From the NCBI GenBank assembly GCA_027006055.1, contig JALTKX010000061.1, forward strand, positions 2,607 to 66,606: a stretch of DNA of 64,000 bases, in the 5' to 3' direction. The stretch is from Calditrichia bacterium (GTDB lineage Bacteria; Calditrichota; Calditrichia; Calditrichales; J004). The translations under genes and the position numbers were made by a program. The notes under the pieces were generated by a model. That model did not search any database and was not told the origin of the DNA. It saw nothing but the letters and a program-made list of their open reading frames with translations. Each line of letters begins with the position of its first letter. The first letter of the stretch is position 1. Positions 38,168-47,079 of the stretch are shown piece by piece.

Positions 38168-39103
38168 TTGAGCTGTATTTCCAACTTTCATTGGTATTAT
38201 TTCGATCTGCACAGCGCGGATGGCTATGATCTGATCTGTACCATCCATCCCGCGCCCTTTAATTCCGTCTTTGATATTGCGATTGTCGATATCTACCTCT
38301 ACAATGGCGCGGAAACCCTGGTGCATCATTTTTTTGTTATACCGCAAAAGGAGCTGCGTCGTTCGGAAGAACCCTTTGTTCTCTCTTTTGATAAAGATAA
38401 TTTTATCAGGAAGTCGGACGGCCATATTTTAGTGCGGATCAGGGACGGCGAAACGTGCCGGCTTATGCTGGAGCTTAACGATCCGCACCCGCAACAACCG
38501 GTGAGGAGCGATATTCTTCCCGGAGGCAGGGAGGGGGAGTCCTTTGAGTGGGTCGTTCATACGCCCTATGCTCCCGCCGTCGCCGAGCTTACATTCTCCG
38601 GCAAAACCCATATCCTGAATGGTTTGGGCTATCATGATTACAACGGCGGCTCAATCAACCTGAAACAAAGTCTGCGCTACTGGTTTTGGGGGAAGTATTA
38701 TCTGGAAGACAGCCTGATCGTTTACGGCTATATTCAGGATCGTTATAATAATGCCAAAAAACTTTTGTTGCGGGCAGATAAAGAGGGGATGGCCATCGAT
38801 CGCCGGGCGGAAGTTGAGGCGGATAAACACCGTTTGCGTTACAAAGGCCCCCTGGGCGAATATGATTTTAGCGTGGAACCCGCACAGCTTTTGGACCGGG
38901 TGGATTTTTTTATGCCGGCGGTGAAAGCGCCTTTGCTTCTTGTCAAACTCCTGGAAATCGCCGCTCATTTTAGCGGCCGTCTTAAGGTTCTTAAGCCCCT
39001 TAACCGGTTTCTTACCAACTCCGTTTATGAACGTTTCCGTTCCCGGGGCACGGATCAGAAGGGCCGGGCTCTCTCCTGCTTTTATGAAGAAATGCACTTT
39101 TAA
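38168..39103 (+). CDS. Hypothetical protein, candidate CrtC-like (hydroxyneurosporene-synthase family) isoprenoid hydratase
   Basis: 311 aa with a TTG start 12 nt after the upstream stop. 'WYYFDLHSADGYDLICTI...F' and 'GLGYHDYNGG...YWFWGKY' resemble the CrtC/AttH lipocalin-like family patterns as I recall them. Confidence 0.4.
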   Translation: MSCISNFHWYYFDLHSADGYDLICTIHPAPFNSVFDIAIVDIYLYNGAETLVHHFFVIPQKELRRSEEPFVLSFDKDNFIRKSDGHILVRIRDGETCRLMLELNDPHPQQPVRSDILPGGREGESFEWVVHTPYAPAVAELTFSGKTHILNGLGYHDYNGGSINLKQSLRYWFWGKYYLEDSLIVYGYIQDRYNNAKKLLLRADKEGMAIDRRAEVEADKHRLRYKGPLGEYDFSVEPAQLLDRVDFFMPAVKAPLLLVKLLEIAAHFSGRLKVLKPLNRFLTNSVYERFRSRGTDQKGRALSCFYEEMHF

Positions 39104-39109
39104 GGTTTT

Positions 39110-41617
39110 ATGTCCCTGACCATTTTTCATCTCTCCGATTCGGTTCCCCTGACGAAAGTCGGCGCGAAAGCGTATAATCTGAACCGGCTGCATCGCTTTG
39201 GTTTTAACGTTCCCGAAGCCTGGTTTTTACCGGTGGAGGCCATGGAGTTTTTCCTTCGGGAAAATAATATATTACCCCTGCTTTATGCCCTCAGGCAGGA
39301 AGGGAAGGTTTCCCGAGGCAATGCACTGGAAGCGGCCCGGGCCCTGCGGGCGGAAATACTGAAAGCTCCATTGCCCCACGAGCTTTTGGAGTTAATTAAA
39401 GAGCGTGTTTTAAAGGAACCGCGCGGACGTTTTTCCGTGCGTTCCTCCTCCATAAATGAAGACCTGGAGCAGAATTCCTATGCCGGTCAGTATGCTTCGG
39501 TTTTGGATGTGGCGCCTGTTGTGGCCGATCTGGAAAGGGGCATTCGCCGGGTGTGGGCTTCCCAGTGGAGCGAGCCGCTGATTAACTACGCCTTTAAAAA
39601 CAGTTATCCTATCCCGGACCCGGGCATGGGGGTGGTTATTCAGAGAATGGTCGAGCCGGAGATTGCCGGCGTGTTGTTTTCCTACAACCCCTTTACCTTC
39701 AATAAAAACGAAATGGTTCTGGAATATGTGAAGGGTCTGGGCGAGGGACTGGTAAGCGGCGAGAAGACGCCGGAACATTTGATATACAGCCGCGCAACCT
39801 CTGCTTTCAAACAGGCCGGCGATATTCCCAAAAATTATATAAAACCTTTTGACATGCTGATTCAGGGCGCCGGGACGCTGGAAAAGAAAACCGGTCTGGC
39901 CGTGGATATCGAATGGGCCTATGACGGGGAAGCCCTGTATTATCTGCAAATGCGCGCCATAACCACCATGGGCCAGAACCATATCCTGTGGACGGATGAA
40001 AATGTGGGCGAGGTTATACCCGATATCGTTACCCCCTATTCCTGGAGCATTCTTAATCCGATCACCAACGGCGCCTTTAAAAAATTTTTACACGAACTGG
40101 GCACGGATGACTATCCCGAGCATGGACTGTTTGGTCTTTATAAGGGAAAAGTCTATCTCAATCACACCGCGTTTAATGAAACCATGTCCCGTTTTTACCT
40201 ATCCGGCTACAAGCCCGCGGCCGACAGTGCGCTGGCGCTGCCGGTTCAGTGGCTCAGGCTGTTGCTGTTCCCTTTACGCATAGGCCGGGCCCTGTGGCGT
40301 GTCTGGCGCTTGTCTCAAAACATGGAAGGGCGCATGAAACGGCATATCGCTGCCCATGGGGAGCGCCTCAAGGCGATCTCCTTTGAAAAAAAGGAAGACG
40401 CCCCTACCGCCTATAAAAGAGTCGACCGCCTGGTGGAGCTGCATCATGAAACCATGCACCTGCATGTAACCAATACCATACTGGCGGAGTTTTATTTTCA
40501 ACTGTTGAAAAAGATAATCGACGGTTGGGGCCGCGCCGTGCCCGGGGCCGGGGCGGAGGCGGTGCTGGCCGGACTGGGTGAAGCGGAAAGCGCCCGCAGC
40601 GGGAGAGCCCTGTGGAAGATATCCCAAAAAATTAAAAACTATCCCCGGCTGCGAGCCTTGTTTGATACGGAAGATTTGGCGGAATTGGAAAAACAGCTGC
40701 TCGAAGCGGATAAGGAAAAAGTGATCATCCGGGAAATTCGCGCCTTTTTAAGGGAATTCGGCCATGGGGCCTTGCATGAGTTTGAACTGCTTTATCCGCG
40801 CTGGCAGGAGGACCGTTCCTACATCTATGCCAATATTCAAAACTATCTGAACAGTGAGATCGAGGATTTACCGGCACACGATCACAAGCTGGCCGGGATG
40901 CGCTCCGATATGCTCAGGCAGCTCCGGAAAAATATGAATATATTTAAACGACCGGTTTTTAACTATATATACAGCAGGGCGGCCCTGTTTAGCAGTCAGC
41001 GTGAGAATCTGAAGCAATGCCTGCTTAAAGCCCATTTTGAGCTTAAAAAGCATCTGTTGCATATTGGAAGCGTACTTGTGGAAAAAAAGGTTTTAGAGCG
41101 GCCGGGCGATATCCTTTTTTTACAGCACGATGAAATTAAACCTTATCTGGCGGAAAAACTTCCGGTAAAAAAAGTAAACACCCTGATCGCGGAGCGCCGT
41201 AAAAAACGGGCCTCGGATATTAATCAGGAGCATCCGCCCAGGATGATGCAGATTGGAGAATTGTGGCGTCCGCTTATTGAAGAAAGCGGAGACGGCGATG
41301 CCCTGCAGGGCATCGGCTGCAGCGCGGGTGTTGTGGAAGGCCGGGCGCGTATCATCGTAAATGAGCAAAGTTTTAACCGCTTGCAGAAAGGCGATATTCT
41401 GGTGGCCGCTTCCACCAATCCCGGATGGACGCCGCTTTTTATGACGGCGGCGGGCGTGGTAACGGAGATTGGGGGCGCTTTGTCTCATGGCGCCATTATT
41501 GCCCGGGAATACGGCATCCCCATGGTTACGGCGGTAAAAAAAGCAACAAAACTGATCGCGGACGGCGACCGCATCCGTGTTAACGGCTCCAACGGACAGG
41601 TGGAAATTTTAAGCTGA
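39110..41617 (+). CDS. PEP-utilizing phosphotransferase with rifampin-phosphotransferase-like architecture (PPDK_N ATP-grasp, helical middle domain, C-terminal phospho-His swivel domain)
   Basis: 835 aa. 'VRSSSINEDLEQNSYAGQY' (PPDK_N), 'DIEWAYDGEALYYLQMRAIT', and C-terminal 'GGALSHGAIIAREYGIPMV'. Confidence 0.85.
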   Translation: MSLTIFHLSDSVPLTKVGAKAYNLNRLHRFGFNVPEAWFLPVEAMEFFLRENNILPLLYALRQEGKVSRGNALEAARALRAEILKAPLPHELLELIKERVLKEPRGRFSVRSSSINEDLEQNSYAGQYASVLDVAPVVADLERGIRRVWASQWSEPLINYAFKNSYPIPDPGMGVVIQRMVEPEIAGVLFSYNPFTFNKNEMVLEYVKGLGEGLVSGEKTPEHLIYSRATSAFKQAGDIPKNYIKPFDMLIQGAGTLEKKTGLAVDIEWAYDGEALYYLQMRAITTMGQNHILWTDENVGEVIPDIVTPYSWSILNPITNGAFKKFLHELGTDDYPEHGLFGLYKGKVYLNHTAFNETMSRFYLSGYKPAADSALALPVQWLRLLLFPLRIGRALWRVWRLSQNMEGRMKRHIAAHGERLKAISFEKKEDAPTAYKRVDRLVELHHETMHLHVTNTILAEFYFQLLKKIIDGWGRAVPGAGAEAVLAGLGEAESARSGRALWKISQKIKNYPRLRALFDTEDLAELEKQLLEADKEKVIIREIRAFLREFGHGALHEFELLYPRWQEDRSYIYANIQNYLNSEIEDLPAHDHKLAGMRSDMLRQLRKNMNIFKRPVFNYIYSRAALFSSQRENLKQCLLKAHFELKKHLLHIGSVLVEKKVLERPGDILFLQHDEIKPYLAEKLPVKKVNTLIAERRKKRASDINQEHPPRMMQIGELWRPLIEESGDGDALQGIGCSAGVVEGRARIIVNEQSFNRLQKGDILVAASTNPGWTPLFMTAAGVVTEIGGALSHGAIIAREYGIPMVTAVKKATKLIADGDRIRVNGSNGQVEILS

Positions 41618-41678
41618 TTTGAACCGCCGTGCTGTGTATATTTAGGGCTTGTCTTAAGAAAAACGAAAAGCTTTGCCG

Positions 41679-42986
41679 ATGAAAAAAGTATTGTTGTTGC
41701 CCAGTGATCATGGCGGCGGGCGCGGCCATGTCAGCCGTATGCTTTATCTTGCGGAAAAACTGCGCCGTCATGGCTATTTGCCGGGTCTGGTTCTGGAAAA
41801 AAAACACTTTCAATCCGGCCTGGGGGATATGTATGAGCGCTTTCTGCTGGATACCCGTTTTGAACGTCTGGTAAAATATCAGGCACGGCGCCCCTTTAAG
41901 CCGGGGGTTCATTTAAAAACCCGTCTGCGCGAACGTCCTGTTTATACCGCCTTTAACAGCCTGGCCTATCAGATTCCGCGGGACGGTTACTGGACAACCC
42001 GTCTGGTACGTTACCGCTTAAAAAAACTAAGCCGGATTGTGGAGAGCTTTAAGCCGCAAATACTCATCGGCGATACGCACATGCTGACGGCGCTTTTGGG
42101 CAGGATGCACGACCTGCCCGTGGTGCAGGTTACCCGTTTACAGGGATATGCTCCCGCTCCGGAGTTTAACTGGTGGGGCGACAACGAGTCCGCCTATCAG
42201 GCGCCGGATGGTTTAAAGCCCTTTGAGCCTTTGTTGCGGGAGTGGGGCATGGAGGCCGGCCGCGTGGAAGATTTGTTGCGGGGCGCGCGCTACCTGATCC
42301 CGGCCTCGGCCGATGTGGAGCCCCTGTCCGTCAGCCGGCCCGATACGTTTTATTGCGGCCCTTTCAACGTTTCCGACAGGGGGGAACAGGCCATTCCCTT
42401 TTTTGATGAGCCGTCCGATAGTCCCAAAATTTATGTTTCCATCGGTGGCGGGGCGGGGCGTGCCCGGGAAAAACAGTTTTTTGAGTCGTTGATCCGCGTG
42501 TTCGATAAAAGCGAATACCGGGTGCTGGTATCCACGGGAAACCGCCTAAAGGCGCAAAATTTTAACGGACGCTCGGCGAATATGCTGTTTACCAACTGGA
42601 TACATGGAGCCAGCGCCATCGCCAAAAGCGACGCCATTGTGTTTCATGGCGGATACGGGACCATGATGGAGACGCTGACCCTGCGGCGGCCCGCGTTGGT
42701 TTTACCGTCCCACAGCGAGCAATGGGCCAATGGCAAGCGTTTGGAAAGCCTGGCGGTAGGAAGGGTGCTGCCCCTGTGGCAGCGCATGGAAACCCTGGAA
42801 CTGGAGTGGCCCTTCGGTCGCTTTACCCAGGGCGCCGGCCTGGGGTTACAGCTTGACAGAGAGTCCGTTTTGCAGGCCCTGCACGATTTGATTTTTAGCG
42901 ACGCCTATGAACGGCTGGAACGGATCGCCAAACCGCTAAGGGAAAAACAACAGGCGTTTGATCCCCGGCAACTCCTCGATTTTTAA
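41679..42986 (+). CDS. GT-B glycosyltransferase (GT1/MGT/MurG-like, UDP-sugar dependent)
   Basis: ATG at 41679. N-terminus 'DHGGGRGHVSRMLYLAEKLRRHG'. C-terminus 'FHGGYGTMMETLTLRRPALVLPSHSEQWANG'. Confidence 0.75.
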   Translation: MKKVLLLPSDHGGGRGHVSRMLYLAEKLRRHGYLPGLVLEKKHFQSGLGDMYERFLLDTRFERLVKYQARRPFKPGVHLKTRLRERPVYTAFNSLAYQIPRDGYWTTRLVRYRLKKLSRIVESFKPQILIGDTHMLTALLGRMHDLPVVQVTRLQGYAPAPEFNWWGDNESAYQAPDGLKPFEPLLREWGMEAGRVEDLLRGARYLIPASADVEPLSVSRPDTFYCGPFNVSDRGEQAIPFFDEPSDSPKIYVSIGGGAGRAREKQFFESLIRVFDKSEYRVLVSTGNRLKAQNFNGRSANMLFTNWIHGASAIAKSDAIVFHGGYGTMMETLTLRRPALVLPSHSEQWANGKRLESLAVGRVLPLWQRMETLELEWPFGRFTQGAGLGLQLDRESVLQALHDLIFSDAYERLERIAKPLREKQQAFDPRQLLDF

Positions 42987-42999
42987 GAAGACTCTTGTT

Positions 43000-43704
43000 A
43001 TGCATGGAATTTTAGAATTCATTAAAGACCAGCATTATAATATTCAAAGCATGTTGGGAAAAAGCACGCTGTATTATCATCTCTTTGCCCGGAAATTTCC
43101 CTTCAGCCAGATGGCGGTTACAGGCGATACGGAGATTGTCATCGAAGGATTTCCGCGATCGGCGAACTCATATGCCGTTGTGGCCTTTAAGCTGGTCAAT
43201 CCGCGGGCGCCCATCGGTCACCATCTGCATGTGCCGGTTCAACTGATACAGGCCTGTCGTTATAACATACCGGCGGTTTTGGTGCTGCGTGCCCCGGAGG
43301 AGGCGGTGGCCTCGTTCATGGTTTTTCAGGGAAGCCTGAATGCCGATATCTATCTTAAGGCCTATATCCGTTTTCATCGCCTGCTTTTACCCTATCGGGA
43401 AAAGATAATCGTGGCCTCCTTTGAAACGGTAACGTCGGATATGAACCGGGTGATAGAGGCGATAAACAGCCGGTATGACAAGGATTTTTCGTTGATTGAT
43501 TCTCTTCCGGAGCGGGAGGATGAAATCTTTGCAAAATTAAAAGATGTGAATGCCCGCTTTTTTGGCAATGCCTCGAACAAAAGCATGTACCCGGATCGCG
43601 GCCGGGAAAAAATGAAACAACTGGCCCAAAAAAAAGTTTTGCAATCCCCCTGGTTGGTGGAAGCGCGAAACCTCTACTCTCAACTTAACAGGAATGCCCT
43701 ATGA
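43000..43704 (+). CDS. Sulfotransferase-like protein (tentative)
   Basis: I chose the ATG at 43000. 'GFPRSANSY' sits where the 5'-PSB loop would be and 'VLRAPEEAVAS' where the 3'-PB motif would be. Confidence 0.4.
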   Translation: MHGILEFIKDQHYNIQSMLGKSTLYYHLFARKFPFSQMAVTGDTEIVIEGFPRSANSYAVVAFKLVNPRAPIGHHLHVPVQLIQACRYNIPAVLVLRAPEEAVASFMVFQGSLNADIYLKAYIRFHRLLLPYREKIIVASFETVTSDMNRVIEAINSRYDKDFSLIDSLPEREDEIFAKLKDVNARFFGNASNKSMYPDRGREKMKQLAQKKVLQSPWLVEARNLYSQLNRNAL

Positions 43705-44366
43705 GTTCGGAACATGAAGCACGGATAGATAAAAGCCACTATTTTGACGCCCGCTATCTTAAGCGCGAGCGCATGTACTCCTTTGTGGAGCAGATAGAGC
43801 TGATTAAGCAATGCGCAGCCAGGGATGACAGCCTTTTGGAAATAGGCAAGGGCAATGGTTTTGTTGCCGATTTCTGCACGCGTTATTTAGGTTATCAGGT
43901 GCAAACGGTAGATGTAAATGTGGATCTGCAACCCGACATCGTGGATGACATTACCGCTCCCCGGAAGCTAAAGGAGAAGAGCGCCGATGTGGTGGTGTGT
44001 TATGAAGTGCTGGAGCACATGCCCTTTGAAAAATCCATTCGCGCCGTTGAACATATGGCGCGCATTGCCCGTAAGTATGTGCTGATTTCCGTGCCCGATA
44101 TGCGATACTTTATCAGCGGCCGCTTTACGGTGTTTGGTTCGGGCCCCATCTTTTTACAAAAACTGATTTCCACCCGGCGCTTTCGCAAGGCCCGTAAAAA
44201 ATTCGGCGACGATCATCATTGGGAGATCGGTCTTAAAACGGACACGGTAACCTATAGCGCCGACTATGTGCGCCGCACTCTTTTCCAAAATGTCCGTCTC
44301 TTGCGCGACTACCGGGATATCGCCGTGCCCTGGCATCATTATTTTGTAGTTAAAACAGGTACTTAG
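43701..44366 (+). CDS. Class-I SAM-dependent methyltransferase
   Basis: 221 aa. Motif I 'LLEIGKGNGF' and motif II 'VVVCYEVLEHMP'. ATGA overlap with the upstream gene. Ends at TAG 44364-44366. Confidence 0.75.
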   Translation: MSSEHEARIDKSHYFDARYLKRERMYSFVEQIELIKQCAARDDSLLEIGKGNGFVADFCTRYLGYQVQTVDVNVDLQPDIVDDITAPRKLKEKSADVVVCYEVLEHMPFEKSIRAVEHMARIARKYVLISVPDMRYFISGRFTVFGSGPIFLQKLISTRRFRKARKKFGDDHHWEIGLKTDTVTYSADYVRRTLFQNVRLLRDYRDIAVPWHHYFVVKTGT

Positions 44367-44435
44367 ATCATCGAAAACGATACCTCCTCCTCTTCGAGTG
44401 AAATAACCCGCCGATCCGCCCATGGAATCAAATGG

Positions 44436-45851
44436 GTGGGTATGGCCGAGATGGCCATCCGTATTTTGCAGTATGGCACCACGCTTATTCTGGCCCGCCT
44501 TATGGTCGCCCAGGATTTTGGCGTGTGGGCCGTGTTGCTGTTGTTTACGCAACTGGCCTATGTTTTATTTGACTTTGGTTTCAGCTCGGCCCTGATTCAG
44601 CATAAACAGGTGAGCGCCCGGCATTATAATACCACCTTTGTTATCTATCTTTCCTCGGCCCTGGTTTATATAGTGCTTGTCTGGCTTTTGGCCGGTCCCA
44701 TGGCCGGTTTTTTTAAGCATCCGGAGATAAAACCCGCGCTGCGCCTGTTGACGGTCATTTTTATCTTTTATGCCTTTAATGCCATACCGCGTATCCGGCT
44801 ACAGCGGGAGATGCGTTTTAAACGCTTCAGCCTTATTCAGATCTGCGGCGTTTTTACCAACAGCGCCGTTACCTTAACGGCCGCTTTTCAGGGGTTCGGT
44901 TTTTGGAGCTTTGTTTACGGGGTTATAGCCGAACAGGTGGTACTGACCCTGTTTTTTAACATCTTCGGCTGGACCTCCGTGCGCCTGGCTTTTGACCGAA
45001 AAGCCTTTAGGGAACTGTGGGAATATGGCGTTAACGTATTGGCCACGCGGATTGTCGGATATTTGAATAATAACATCCCGGGCTTTCTGATCGGTAAGCT
45101 TATCGGTCTGGACGCCCTCGGTTATTACAACATAGCCTATCAGTTGGTTGAGTTTCCCGTTCAGCGCATATCTAAAAATGTGTTGCGCGTGATGTTCCCG
45201 GCGTTTTCAAAACTGCAGGATCGGTTGAGCGACTACCGTCAGCTCTACCGGCAGGTCGTTTTTTATCTGGGCGCGGTTTTAACGCCCATGTTTGTCGGCC
45301 TGGCCATGGTGGCTCCTTTTTTAGTGCCGGTACTTTACGGCCCGAAATGGACGCCCGTGGTTATGCCCCTGCAATTTTTGGCCCTGGCCGGTTTCTCCAG
45401 GTCGGTATGGACAACCATAAGCGTTGTGTTCCTTTCCATGGGTCAGCCCGATAAGGAGTTGAAGATAAATGTCAGCCTGGCGGTATTTTTAATACCGGCG
45501 GTCTATTTTACGGCGCCCCTGGGGTTAAACGCGGTTGTTCTGGTTGTATCCCTGTTGTTGTTAACCTTTGTCATCATCGGGCAGTTTAAAGCCTTTAGTC
45601 TCATTGGGGCAAGCTGGCCCGGCGTCGTCCGCAAGTTCCTGCCCTCCCTCTCGGGCTCGTTTCTTTTTCTGATTGTTTATGAACTGGCGCTGTATCTGGG
45701 CCTGGGTCGTCTGCATTCTGTTTGGGTGCTTTTACTGACCATTCCGGGCAGTGCGTTAATATATATTGTTTTTATGTTCCGTTATGATCCGCAATTGCTC
45801 AGCCGTTTACGATCCATTTTAAAAGGGGGAAGCGATGCCAAAAACAATTAA
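44436..45851 (+). CDS. MOP-superfamily polysaccharide/lipid-linked-glycan flippase (Wzx), copy 2; start uncertain
   Basis: 471 aa from the GTG at 44436. Polytopic. Conserved Wzx N-terminal homology extends upstream of this GTG (see finding). 'ILARLMVAQDFG' parallels 'VLARILFPEDFG' of copy 1. Confidence 0.8.
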   Translation: MGMAEMAIRILQYGTTLILARLMVAQDFGVWAVLLLFTQLAYVLFDFGFSSALIQHKQVSARHYNTTFVIYLSSALVYIVLVWLLAGPMAGFFKHPEIKPALRLLTVIFIFYAFNAIPRIRLQREMRFKRFSLIQICGVFTNSAVTLTAAFQGFGFWSFVYGVIAEQVVLTLFFNIFGWTSVRLAFDRKAFRELWEYGVNVLATRIVGYLNNNIPGFLIGKLIGLDALGYYNIAYQLVEFPVQRISKNVLRVMFPAFSKLQDRLSDYRQLYRQVVFYLGAVLTPMFVGLAMVAPFLVPVLYGPKWTPVVMPLQFLALAGFSRSVWTTISVVFLSMGQPDKELKINVSLAVFLIPAVYFTAPLGLNAVVLVVSLLLLTFVIIGQFKAFSLIGASWPGVVRKFLPSLSGSFLFLIVYELALYLGLGRLHSVWVLLLTIPGSALIYIVFMFRYDPQLLSRLRSILKGGSDAKNN

Positions 45852-47064
45852 AGTGGATGTGGCCGTTATCGGCGCCGGGCCCGCCGGTTCCGTTGCCGCC
45901 ATCAGTTGCCGGAAAAAAGGCTTAAGCGTTGCCCTGGTGGACAAGGCCGTATTTCCCCGGGATAAGGTTTGCGGCGACGGGATACCGTTAAAGACCTTTA
46001 AACTGTTAGAAGAACTGGGCTTCAGTGAAGAGGAGTTGTTCAAAAACGGTTATAAGATTAATCGGCTTAAGCTTTATGGCCCCGAGGGTCATCTGACGGA
46101 ATTCGGCAGCCTTCAGGCCGATGCCAGCACAAAAAGCGGTTGTATTCCAAGGTCGGAATTTGACTATGCCATTTTCACGCGGGCGGAACAAGAAAGCAAC
46201 CATGTTTTGACGGGCTATAAATTGGTTGCCATACGCAATGGTGATTCACGGCAGTTGCTGGAAGTGAAAAACCTCCGGGACAATCAAAGCCTGCAAATCG
46301 ATGCGGGATTGGTGATTGCCGCCGATGGGGCCAATTCCTACACGGCCCGGCTGTTAAATTTGCTTAAACGTGATCAGGCGCATCACTTTGACGGTTTAAG
46401 ATGGTATTTTAAGGGTAAAAAATTTGACTCTTCGGTTCATCTTTTTTATGATAGCCGAACCCTGCCTGGATATGTATGGGTTTTTCCCGTGGCCCCGGAC
46501 AGAGCCAATGTGGGGATTATGATCGATAAGAAGCAGAAAAGGAATACGGGCAAGAATATCCGCGATCTGTTTCTTGAAGTTATAGAGCACAATCCCTCTT
46601 TAAAAAAAGTGCTTGACGGCGCTCATCCCGAGAATGAAATAAAGGGGGCTCCCCTGCCTTTGGGCACCTTACCCGGTTCGCGGATAAGCGACGGAACCAT
46701 ACTGGTGGGAGACGCGGCGGCTTTTATAAACCCCGTCACCGGCGGCGGTATTTATTTTGCCATTTTAAGCGCCATGAAGGCGGCGGAAGTGGCCGCCCGT
46801 TTAAAAGAGAATAATTTGCCTCCGAGCAGGAAGAATCTGGACGTATACGAACAATGGTGGCAGCGAACGATTTTACCCGGCTTCTTTTATTCGGATTGGT
46901 TAAAAAATAAATTTGATTCGGAAAACTTCAGCGGACGTTTTTTCCGCTGGAGCAGCCGCTTTAAACCGGTGGCTAATTTTTTTATAATGGTCTATGGAAG
47001 ACCGCTGCCAAAGGGTGTGTTTAAAAATCCGCTCTTTTGGTTACGCGTTATATTAATGCGATAA
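45835..47064 (+). CDS. Geranylgeranyl-reductase-family FAD-dependent oxidoreductase, paralog 1
   Basis: 409 aa. 'VAVIGAGPAGSVAA', 'KVCGDGIP' and 'GDAAAFINPVTGGGIYFA'. Overlaps the flippase end by 17 nt. Confidence 0.8.
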   Translation: MPKTIKVDVAVIGAGPAGSVAAISCRKKGLSVALVDKAVFPRDKVCGDGIPLKTFKLLEELGFSEEELFKNGYKINRLKLYGPEGHLTEFGSLQADASTKSGCIPRSEFDYAIFTRAEQESNHVLTGYKLVAIRNGDSRQLLEVKNLRDNQSLQIDAGLVIAADGANSYTARLLNLLKRDQAHHFDGLRWYFKGKKFDSSVHLFYDSRTLPGYVWVFPVAPDRANVGIMIDKKQKRNTGKNIRDLFLEVIEHNPSLKKVLDGAHPENEIKGAPLPLGTLPGSRISDGTILVGDAAAFINPVTGGGIYFAILSAMKAAEVAARLKENNLPPSRKNLDVYEQWWQRTILPGFFYSDWLKNKFDSENFSGRFFRWSSRFKPVANFFIMVYGRPLPKGVFKNPLFWLRVILMR

Positions 47065-47079
47065 ATTGGTATAGGAAAT

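Noticed and set aside
39110-41617. Calling this gene phosphoenolpyruvate synthase (ppsA).
   Set aside because: The domain order is ATP-grasp, then a long helical insert, then the swivel-His at the extreme C-terminus, with no PEP/pyruvate TIM-barrel domain after it. That matches small-molecule phosphotransferases rather than PpsA or PPDK.
44364-44366. The idea that TAG is reassigned or read through genome-wide.
   Set aside because: Several other CDSs in the window end in TAG (stops ending at 177, 17304, 18326, 26534, 29341, 50663 and 55983) with normal gene boundaries and no in-frame homologous continuation.
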